From: a virus
Strand: one strand, 5' to 3'
IMG/VR virus record: IMGVR_UViG_3300045988_062794
DNA length: 64,000 nucleotides
Positions 54,523 to 63,022 of the stretch are shown here, in pieces. A program made the position numbers and the translations under genes. How positions within the stretch are numbered: the stretch's first letter is position 1; each line of letters starts with the position of its first letter. The notes under the pieces are model-generated. The model ran no database searches. It was given only the letters and a program-made list of their open reading frames with translations, and was not told where the DNA came from.

Positions 54523-55941
54523 ATGGGAAAGAATAAAACAGCAGCAAAGAAGGCTGCACAAGAAAAAGCAGTAGAGACTAAGCAAGGCGAAACTAAAGCC
54601 AAAGTAGAAACAAAGGTAGTAGAAACAAAGGAAAAACCTACAATTAAGGTTGATCCGAAACCGGCTCCTTCACCAACACCAGCACCTAAAGCTGAAGAAA
54701 AACCTACCGAAGAAGGTGGTGTACAGGTTGTTTCTCCTGTTGAACAGTCCTCTGCTCAGCTATCCGCAGAAGTATTCCAGAATGAGGATTTGCGGACGCT
54801 TTTGATGAAGGATGTGCTTACTCCAGAAACTACTATTGATGCAAATCATATGGTAGAGCTGGCAAAAGTTGCAACTGAACGATTCAAAACAAAGGATCAG
54901 AAAGATCCGCGCGTAATCGCAACTAATGAAATGATTGACGATGTAACTGCGTATTGTCTTGCACTTGCAGGAATCAACATGCAGATTCATGGTAAAAAGC
55001 TTGGTTTGTCTGTACCGGTTGAAGCTACCGCAAGTTTCGTACGAACTATGGGCTTCTTCGGTGTAGCTTTGCCTGAAGGTAAAGCAATCGAGGATCCTAA
55101 GAATCCTGGTCAGATGATCTTGCCCTTTGAAGCTTCTGAAGAAGCAGTGAAAACTGTAAAGGAAGAGATCAAGATTCAGAAGAGTAAACCTACGATGGAT
55201 CCGTCATTGTGGAAGAGTGATGACGATGCTAAGAAAGCAGTTCGTTATATCATGTCTGATACCTTGACTAAGGACAATCGCTTCTTAGTTTCTATTTCAA
55301 AGGTAAGAATGTACAAGATGCTTACTTCAGCTAACGAAGACGAAAAGAAGATGTGGGAAAACTCCAGCAATGCTGTTATCCTTGAAGTTATCTTCAACAT
55401 CCTCGGTGATAGCAAGTCAACATTAATGAATGCTATCGGTGGTCAGATTTATTCCGCAGCAGCAACTCGGAAGAATCCAGTCTTAAGCCATCTTATAGCT
55501 AAGCGTAACTTCTCGCAGTTTAGTGACGAAGATATTCGTGATATCACGAAGGTATTCGTTAAATTTAAAGCTGCGGATAGCTCTAAAGACCCTCTTGAAA
55601 ACAACATTGCCTGGGTTGGCTTAACTCAAGGTAAGAAAGAGGATGCTTTACTTTATCCGAAACGTCTCAGTGACTTCGATAAGAATGTGATGAACCGTAT
55701 TGACAACTTATATCCGGACAAAGTTGGCGTACCATCTGATCCTGATTATCGTAGAAAAGCTTCAAACTTGATGATAACGATTATGAACCTGTATAAGGAG
55801 AATGATCTGCTTCCTCAGGTATCTGAAACTGATTACAAACAGGCTGTAGAAGATGCTGTTAAAGCAACTTCAGGTGAAACTGCTCCGAAAGAAGAACCCA
55901 AACCAGCCGAAGACAAAAAGGATAAAGGAGAAAAGAAATAA
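54523..55941 (+). CDS. hypothetical protein with K/E/P-rich termini
   Basis: 472 aa with GC-richer codons. Both the N- and C-terminal regions are low-complexity and lysine-rich. Confidence 0.6.
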   Translation: MGKNKTAAKKAAQEKAVETKQGETKAKVETKVVETKEKPTIKVDPKPAPSPTPAPKAEEKPTEEGGVQVVSPVEQSSAQLSAEVFQNEDLRTLLMKDVLTPETTIDANHMVELAKVATERFKTKDQKDPRVIATNEMIDDVTAYCLALAGINMQIHGKKLGLSVPVEATASFVRTMGFFGVALPEGKAIEDPKNPGQMILPFEASEEAVKTVKEEIKIQKSKPTMDPSLWKSDDDAKKAVRYIMSDTLTKDNRFLVSISKVRMYKMLTSANEDEKKMWENSSNAVILEVIFNILGDSKSTLMNAIGGQIYSAAATRKNPVLSHLIAKRNFSQFSDEDIRDITKVFVKFKAADSSKDPLENNIAWVGLTQGKKEDALLYPKRLSDFDKNVMNRIDNLYPDKVGVPSDPDYRRKASNLMITIMNLYKENDLLPQVSETDYKQAVEDAVKATSGETAPKEEPKPAEDKKDKGEKK

Positions 55942-55957
55942 CTCCTAAATCAAAAGG

Positions 55958-56350
55958 ATGAGCCGTTTAACAGATTTTCTTTGGTGCGTATTGTTCGCTT
56001 TTGCAGCGGTTATTATTAGCATCAAATTGAGCCCACAAAGGGTAGAAGCTGTTGAGGTTAAACCTCATTACGAGCTTACAATTCCTAAGGTCGAGCCTAA
56101 GTCTTTTAACTTAGAGCTTGACCTCTCTAAGGGAACAGCGAGAGTAGAAAGTGACGCAGGAATCAGTAACGCTAACGTTACAGTAAATCACCCTGCACCA
56201 CAAGTAATTAACAAACCTGCAAAGGTTAAAATTAAGAAAGTATATGAAACAAAAACTGAGGTGTTGTCGAAGGTCGTGATGTTTAAAATGCCTACCCCAC
56301 GATTGATTCACACAACAACACCTGAGTATCCTACAAGGGTAGTGAAGTAA
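55958..56350 (+). CDS. N-terminally membrane-anchored protein
   Basis: 130 aa with the TM segment FLWCVLFAFAAVIISI. Confidence 0.5.
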   Translation: MSRLTDFLWCVLFAFAAVIISIKLSPQRVEAVEVKPHYELTIPKVEPKSFNLELDLSKGTARVESDAGISNANVTVNHPAPQVINKPAKVKIKKVYETKTEVLSKVVMFKMPTPRLIHTTTPEYPTRVVK

Positions 56351-58644
56351 TTAACATTGTGCTTACTGTAGAATGGCACCAGGGAAAACGAGTCTACCCC
56401 TGTAGTAAGAAGATAGATAGTGGTATTGTAGCTGATACACTTAAAAAGCAATAAAATCAGCGTATATAAATTACGATAAATCTGATCAATTTATGGTTTG
56501 TATAGACAAGTAATACAGAATACGAGAATATGATAACAGCTAACACTGTGATTCAAAAGGTAGTATAATAACTTGCTGTGGATTTATTACTTTATCCATG
56601 AAGAATCAGCAAGAAAATGGGTAACGGGTATAACCCATAAAGCTCGAGAACCGTCTGGTGGAGCGATTACAACACGGCACGTAGGTCAGCAGACACGAAG
56701 GCAAAGTATACAAATGGGGTACAAATCCTTAAGTAAGTAGAAATGGCAATTCTACTGAATCCCCAATAGAGTCTGTAGGTACTATCAAGTACGGCATCAC
56801 AGAAGGACGAAAAGGGTTAATTATCGTTAGAATTCCAAACTAATGATAGCCGTTTAGACTGACTAACGTCTTCGATGGGTCCAAACTATCGTTAAAAATA
56901 GCTACTTCTAGTGTTCTACTCTACTGTTATTACTGCTTTGTATTACAGTAATAAAGATCTTGACAACATAACATATGGTATAGTTATGGATGAGTATGTG
57001 AAAGGAAGGATTCAAACCAAGAAAATTAATAATCGAAACTAAAAGCTGAGTGGCTATGATCCATACAAAGTTAAAGAGGTAACGGACTTTAATAGCGTAT
57101 GACAGATTATCCGGAGCAGGTGCCAAACCTGTGCTTGAGAAAGCTTATTAGAATGTTCACTTAGCCTTGCAAACTAAGTTAAATAGTTCTTTTAAGGGGG
57201 TATTCCAGGTGCTAGGTCTAGATTATGTGGGAGAGATTACCACGTCTTTGCGAAATCAAGGATTAAGAAAGGTATAAGGTTTGAAGAACAGTGACCGAGT
57301 TTTGTGCTTACATTATTTAATGAGAGTTATGTCACTATAAGTCATGGAAACTAAGCACACAGTGGTAAAAGTACTGAGAACTACTACCAAACAACAGAGG
57401 TGCAGTAGCGATGCACGTTGTACGCAATAAAAAAGGAATCCTACCGCCTGCGGTGTTTTAAAGGTGTAGGTAAGTTTAGTTAAAGCTTTCTTTAATAGAT
57501 ATAACGAAAGTGGGGCTAATGTATAGTCAATGGGCTAAATTCAAGTCTGTTAATCCAGAGAAATGTAAATGTTACGATGTTTACCTGAATCCAACGATTC
57601 ATCACTGGCTCGAGAGTTAACGAGACTCTTAAATAAAAGCGTGGATAACATGTCTAACTAACGTAGGTCCAAAAACCGAATAATAAATCTGTGGAAGTCC
57701 TCGCTAAGGAAACTGACTGCGACCACAGCTTGGCGAATGCGATTGCTTAGTAGTATCAGGGTATAATGCGCAACATTATATGTCCGAGAGAAAGCGTCTC
57801 ATTGAAGCTTATAGACCTTTAAGAGTGAACCTAATAGGGAAACTATACTTATAGACCTGTCATAAGCGAGAGTAGATGAGAAGAGGTGAAAGTCCTCAAT
57901 CTTCAACCAAGTAAAATAAATAAAATCCTAGTCATGGTTACGTTGGCATCCCTATACTTAGTAATAAGTATTATATGGCGTAAGAAGTAGGTATTAGTGA
58001 ATAACTATATGAATCCTATAAGTTATTACAAATAACAAAGAATGATGAAACTTACTTCATTCACTTCGCAGTTTTAGTAACGTTCTGAAAAACGACCGGA
58101 CATAACTACTTGCCCGATAGAGAGTTTTATTTTGTTGCCACATAAAATAATTATTAGAGGTCAATCTCTGGATAATCTAAAAGTTAGGCAGTTGTACGCT
58201 GTTTTATGTGAGTGCAGTTGGTCCTGAGACACCAGGAGAACCTTGGCAAAATATTACGGATCCTCTATGATAACGATTGTAGAGTATTTCACACATATTG
58301 ACTGAACTAAGAGAATCCTTCGAAGAGTCTCATTAGCTCTGGTCATAAAGCGATTTGATAGTTCCAAAGTAAGATAAATAAGTAATTTTGTAGTATCTGT
58401 CTCATATTATAAAAGGATATAGCAATAGCATAATATCAAGAAAGTTTATCTCGCTTCTAAAACAAATTAAAGTAAAAACAGTTTCTTTTCGTATTTCTAT
58501 CTCAGTATCTCTTGAATGAGACACGACCGTGGTTTTAACCTATCTGATATAAGATGATGATAAATCGTGCATAAAAACAAAGAGAAGAATACGGAGCACC
58601 AATTAAAATTATTATTAACAAACTTATCAAAAGGAGAAAATAAA
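56351..58644 (+). other. ~2.3-kb ORF-free region, candidate large structured non-coding RNA locus
   Basis: The only track ORF is a 72-aa antisense one. All three stop codons are dense in sampled plus frames. The central ~56600-58360 is GC-richer, purine-rich and full of 6-9-bp local helices. Confidence 0.4.
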
Positions 58645-59211
58645 ATGGCAAATATCAATTATAGTTTAGTAGTTGCATCTCAGTTAGGTGCACTTTTAGG
58701 AATGAATCTCATTCACATTCGTCGCAAAAATGTAGATCCCGACTATTCTAACAAAGAACGGGAAGGTAAACAACGTCTGGCAATTCCAGTATATATCTAT
58801 GGTATTGACCGTATTAAGATTAAGAAAGCTGAACTTGTAGACCTTGGTGAAGGTCAGCGGATTGTTCAGTTTAATGATGATCCGAAATTGCAGTTATCTC
58901 TGGCAAATGCAAAAGATATCACAGATGTTATTAAGAAACCAACTGTTCAGGAGGTTGCGAATGCTGTAATGGCTGAAGAAGCCAGTGCGCAACAGACGTT
59001 CTTTGTAGACGACAAAACTGCAACAGAACTTGCGGTTTCCTTTAACAACAGATCGTATAAGGAACTTTCCTCCATGATGGAGGTGCTCTCACGTCAGGCA
59101 GCCTGTTTAACGGATGCTAATGACGCTATGATGAATGCTTGCAAGTTAGAAATGGCACAGGTAGGTAAAAGTGTCGATTTCGTTCCCATTAACGTTAATG
59201 AAACAAAATAA
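58645..59211 (+). CDS. hypothetical protein
   Basis: I prefer the ATG at 58645, which is preceded by aaaggagaaaataaa, over the track's GTG at 58567. Confidence 0.55.
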   Translation: MANINYSLVVASQLGALLGMNLIHIRRKNVDPDYSNKEREGKQRLAIPVYIYGIDRIKIKKAELVDLGEGQRIVQFNDDPKLQLSLANAKDITDVIKKPTVQEVANAVMAEEASAQQTFFVDDKTATELAVSFNNRSYKELSSMMEVLSRQAACLTDANDAMMNACKLEMAQVGKSVDFVPINVNETK

Positions 59212-59729
59212 TGACAGAACTAAGCAAGACTTCGAAGTTAAATCTCGAACGTATTCTTGCAGATGAAGATATTCGTAGCTCTTTGCTTTATAATGGCAAA
59301 AAGCCAGGTATCTTTAAATTAAATGCAGATGGATCGCTTACACTTGGTGAAACTACATTTGGTTGGTGGAATAGTTTTATTGGGTGTCAGCAGCACTTAA
59401 GCTTTTCAGATCTGACTGTACATTTGATTAATTTCATGGCTGGTGTTGGTAAAAATCAAAATGATTTTGCTCTGAATGGATTATTCCAAGATTTCGTTAA
59501 CTTTGCACTTAAGCAGAAAGACAAGAATAGGATGGTAGATATCTTGTTAACTGCATATTTGTATGGTTATAAAGAAATACAGAAGGATGGAAGGAAACCT
59601 TCTGTGGATACAGTAATTAATTCAGTTATCAGACAACAAGATGTTCGTGATTTAGATGGTGTCGCTGTTTTAACCAGCGATGGTCCTGTATTACTAAGAA
59701 ATAACTTAGTATTCCAAAGACTTAAATAG
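59211..59729 (+). CDS. hypothetical protein
   Basis: 172-aa ORF with a start/stop overlap (ATGA) onto the previous gene. Confidence 0.55.
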   Translation: MTELSKTSKLNLERILADEDIRSSLLYNGKKPGIFKLNADGSLTLGETTFGWWNSFIGCQQHLSFSDLTVHLINFMAGVGKNQNDFALNGLFQDFVNFALKQKDKNRMVDILLTAYLYGYKEIQKDGRKPSVDTVINSVIRQQDVRDLDGVAVLTSDGPVLLRNNLVFQRLK

Positions 59730-59990
59730 GATATATCAATATGTTTTTGAATTAGGAAGGTATAATAAACATTAGTATATATGTTATTTTCGTAAAAAAT
59801 ATAGTAAAAGGATTAGGAAGGTTATCCTTTTATATTGCTGTGATATGGTACTTATAAAAGAGTGCTAAGTGAAGGAAAGCCCCGAGAATAAGAAGGGGAT
59901 GCTTCATCGAGGAAGACACAGCATCGATACATGTGAGCGTATTATCAAAATATTTACTCATATAAAATTATTAATTTAAAATATTTTTAT

Positions 59991-61304
59991 ATGGTTAAAA
60001 CGTACAATAACATTGCAGAATATGCCAAAAAGTTACTAATTGAAGCAAATCCGTATATTGATGAAAAAGATATTTATATCACAGCTAATACAGATATAGC
60101 TAGTACTTTTCGAATATTAAAAGAAAAAGACTTAGCCTGTATTGACACAAGTGGTACTGAAGAAATACCATTAATACATTATACTATTTATAGTGAATCT
60201 TTAAAAGAAAAAGAGAAAGCATTTAGTAAAGAACGAGCATGTGAGCGTATTTTACAAGGTATAACTTCATATTCTTGTGAAGGGTTTACTGTAATTTCAG
60301 TTAGAGTAATTAATAAAGAAGAATCGCCAAGTGAAGAAGATTTTATACTATATGCTTTTACTGAAGCTATGTATAATCGAGCATTTGAATTAGCCTATAA
60401 AGAAGGAGAGATCAAATACACTATCGTACCAGATAATGGTATACATCGTGCAATCGTGCGTGATTCTATGATGGGAAAATATCTTGAATATATTAAAGTA
60501 GAAGATATACCGTCTAATAGTGCTATTCATCAATGCAAAGAAGATATTCTTAAAAGTGCAGAGTTCTTCTTTAAGAATATTCCATTATTCTCACGATTTG
60601 GACAGAAACCGTTACGTAAGTTCTTATTGTGTGGAGAACCTGGAACAGGTAAAACTTCTATTTGTTATGATATTGCTAAGGAATATCAGAAAGATATACC
60701 TATAGTATTTGTGACAGATTTTGATTCTTTAGCAAAACACATTTCAGAATGTGCAAAGGTTAATAAACGAACCATTGTAGTATTTGAAGATTGTGAAGTT
60801 GGCTTCCGTAATTCTGCAATTGACTCTTCAATTCTTAACTTCCTTGATGGTATTGATCGACCGAATATTCAGGATGGTGCTATAGTTATTATGACTACTA
60901 ATCATCCAGAACGTATTGAGGCTCGTATTACCAAACGTCCAGGTCGTATCGATAAGTTATTCTTTATAAACGCCTTAGAAGGACAATCAGCAATTGATGT
61001 CTTTAACCTTTACTTTGGTGAATTTATGAAGGAAAATAATTTTGATGCTACTACTCAAACAGCAAAAGAAGCTATTGAAATTATTGCTTCTGGTATGACT
61101 GGTGCTCAGATTAAGGAATTATTTAACAGTTATGTTTGTTACATGGTATCAGAAGCAAAAGATTTTAACCTCAATGACGTATTTAATACGAAAGTTGAAT
61201 TGTTTAAATCTTTTGATGACATGGACAAGAACTATAACTCTATAGAAGCTAATAAAGAGTTTGATAAAGCTCGAGGTAAAATTCTATCTGTTTTGAACAG
61301 ATAA
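59991..61304 (+). CDS. AAA-family ATPase
   Basis: Walker A (LLCGEPGTGKTS), Walker B (IVVFEDCE), and a sensor/second region of homology (MTTNHPERIEARITKRPGRIDK). Confidence 0.8.
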   Translation: MVKTYNNIAEYAKKLLIEANPYIDEKDIYITANTDIASTFRILKEKDLACIDTSGTEEIPLIHYTIYSESLKEKEKAFSKERACERILQGITSYSCEGFTVISVRVINKEESPSEEDFILYAFTEAMYNRAFELAYKEGEIKYTIVPDNGIHRAIVRDSMMGKYLEYIKVEDIPSNSAIHQCKEDILKSAEFFFKNIPLFSRFGQKPLRKFLLCGEPGTGKTSICYDIAKEYQKDIPIVFVTDFDSLAKHISECAKVNKRTIVVFEDCEVGFRNSAIDSSILNFLDGIDRPNIQDGAIVIMTTNHPERIEARITKRPGRIDKLFFINALEGQSAIDVFNLYFGEFMKENNFDATTQTAKEAIEIIASGMTGAQIKELFNSYVCYMVSEAKDFNLNDVFNTKVELFKSFDDMDKNYNSIEANKEFDKARGKILSVLNR

Positions 61305-61391
61305 GCATAGAGTAGGAGAAATTAAGTTTTCTCCTACTTACACTGGTAATTGATGCAAAATCGATAGTATTAATTTTAAAATCAAATCGAT

Positions 61392-61922
61392 ATGTTGACA
61401 TCAAAAGATATTATTACAAAACGCGACACTTTGTCTGAAACCATTACTCGTAATTGGGATATCATTAAGAGTGAAAACGTAGTTTTTCGTGGTTATAAAC
61501 GTAACTATGATATGAAGTTAGTTCTTGATAACATTTTAACTCTGTGTAAGGAAAGAATTGAAGTAAAACTTCAGTCTTTAGCATTAAACCTTGGATTCGA
61601 AGATATTGACGATCTTCCCGAGGATAATAATTATGCTACAATCTATGCTATAAGTGAATTGAAAGAGATTCACAAGCAGTTAGGCATTGTTCCTACAATC
61701 GACCCAGAGATTATTAAAAAATACGGTAAGAAGAAAATGCGTAAAACGCAGATTTTGAGTCGAGCATATATTACGACCCTACGGAATACTATTCAGATTC
61801 AAATCAATACTCTTACTGTAGAACTTGAAAACTTCAATAGCAGTCATTCATTGAAAAATGGTGATCGTAAGAAAGGAAAGTCTGTTACAATGGACTTCTC
61901 TAAACAGAAAGCTGCTGCATAA
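61392..61922 (+). CDS. hypothetical protein
   Basis: 176-aa ORF. Confidence 0.5.
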   Translation: MLTSKDIITKRDTLSETITRNWDIIKSENVVFRGYKRNYDMKLVLDNILTLCKERIEVKLQSLALNLGFEDIDDLPEDNNYATIYAISELKEIHKQLGIVPTIDPEIIKKYGKKKMRKTQILSRAYITTLRNTIQIQINTLTVELENFNSSHSLKNGDRKKGKSVTMDFSKQKAAA

Positions 61923-61964
61923 TCGTTTGAAAGTCTCTGAAAATTTTACGGCAATTTGCTTGCC

Positions 61965-62030
61965 TTGTGTATAGTTTAATGGTAGAATATCTCGAAAGAG
62001 AAGATATGAGTTCGAGCCTCATTACACAAC
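61965..62030 (+). ncRNA. tRNA-like element 4 (66 nt, anticodon arm replaced by 4-bp/GAAA hairpin), paralogue of 51592..51657
   Basis: ttgtgta-ta-gttt-aatggta-gaat-a-tctc-gaaa-gaga-agat-atgag-ttcgagc-ctcat-tacacaa-c. All helices covary with element 2 while the loops are identical. Confidence 0.6.
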
Positions 62031-62080
62031 TCCGTTACAAATTAACATTTTACATTAACATCAAATTAATTAAGTAAGAT

Positions 62081-62875
62081 ATGGAAACAATTCATTTATA
62101 CAAAACAAAGAAAGAACTGATTGAAGAAAGTTCAAAACGTGGTATTACAGTAAAACAACTTATCGCTGAAATTAAAGCAACAGCAAAGGCTGAACGGCGA
62201 AAGAAAGTATTATCTCATCAACAGAAATTAAACTATTGGAAAGTACATCGCTTTGATGCTGATGTACAACTTGTCAAGAAACATACTTCAGCTCAAGCTC
62301 GTTTTGAGAAGGTAATTCAAGACAAGATTAAAGGTCTTCATCAGTTTAAGAAACAGACAAATATGTCTGATGAAGCTTTTGAAGCGGCAAAAGAACGTAT
62401 TGAAAAGCACTCACAGAGAGAAAAAGCTCTCGAAGAGAGACGAGCTGATCGTAGAGCTCGAATCGAGAAAGAAGCTCTCAGAGTCACAAAAAAGATGAAA
62501 AGTGACTTAGAAAGATTTATCCAGGCTGAACAATTACGAAAGACTCGAAAAGAGGAGAAACGGTCCAAATATGCCGGCAAAAAAGTGAAGGTCGCTCCTC
62601 GACCCATTGTAGACAACCCTCTTGTTAAGCTAAAGAAAGGAGAAGCTATTTATAGTATCGAAATTCGTTACCTTAACAGCAAGAGTGTTCTTCCTCCAAC
62701 GTCTCCCTACACTATCGACAAGTTAGAGAAACGTATGTCTGATATTCATACTTATCAGTTAGGAAAGAAGAACAATGGTTATATAGGTGTATATGCCTAC
62801 AATATTGCTAATCCTTCTATTTGCGTGAAGGAAATGGTTAAGCCAGAAGAATCAAAACTTGATTCTGCAGCTTAA
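62081..62875 (+). CDS. hypothetical K/R/E-rich protein
   Basis: 264-aa ORF. Confidence 0.55.
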   Translation: METIHLYKTKKELIEESSKRGITVKQLIAEIKATAKAERRKKVLSHQQKLNYWKVHRFDADVQLVKKHTSAQARFEKVIQDKIKGLHQFKKQTNMSDEAFEAAKERIEKHSQREKALEERRADRRARIEKEALRVTKKMKSDLERFIQAEQLRKTRKEEKRSKYAGKKVKVAPRPIVDNPLVKLKKGEAIYSIEIRYLNSKSVLPPTSPYTIDKLEKRMSDIHTYQLGKKNNGYIGVYAYNIANPSICVKEMVKPEESKLDSAA

Positions 62876-62908
62876 CAAGCACAGGGGCGCGTCTGTAACG
62901 CGCAATAA

Positions 62909-63007
62909 GGTAGGATAATAGTGTGATAAGCTATAAAAGGCACTATACAGTTTTGTGGGAACGAAACTAGGCGCATGTATAGGGCAGTTCGATACTGCAT
63001 CCTACCA
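62909..63007 (+). ncRNA. tRNA-like element 5 (99 nt, long non-canonical interior)
   Basis: Acceptor ggtagga/tcctacc, D-arm-like atag-tgtgataag-ctat, and T-arm (g)gcag-ttcgata-ctgc(a). The interior holds helices ataca/tgtat and agttttg-tgggaa-cgaaact. Confidence 0.45.
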
Positions 63008-63022
63008 CTAAATAACCACACT

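Noticed and set aside
56908-57126. 72-aa minus-strand ORF, the only ORF in the 2.3-kb gap
   Set aside because: It is antisense and isolated, with no start context and an unremarkable hydrophobic translation. One ORF of this size is expected by chance in 2.3 kb.
57640-57680. Short resemblance to 23S rRNA peptidyl-transferase-region strings (GGATAACA … GTAGGTCC.AA)
   Set aside because: Only two short words match, at the wrong spacing (about 14 nt here versus roughly 95 nt in 23S rRNA as I recall it). This is most likely coincidence and not an rRNA fragment.
56351-58644. Group II intron or hammerhead interpretation of the ORF-free block
   Set aside because: By eye I found no GUGYG 5' end, no domain-V-like 34-nt hairpin with an AGC triad, and no CUGANGA…GAAA hammerhead core. 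This cannot be excluded without covariance-model searches, so the region is reported only as an unclassified candidate.
47070-63007. Annotating the five T-arm/acceptor elements as ordinary tRNA genes with isotypes
   Set aside because: I could not fold a 5-bp stem with a 7-nt anticodon loop containing U33 in any of them. Two are 6 nt too short between the D and T arms, and one is only a minihelix. I therefore list them as tRNA-like ncRNAs rather than tRNAs.
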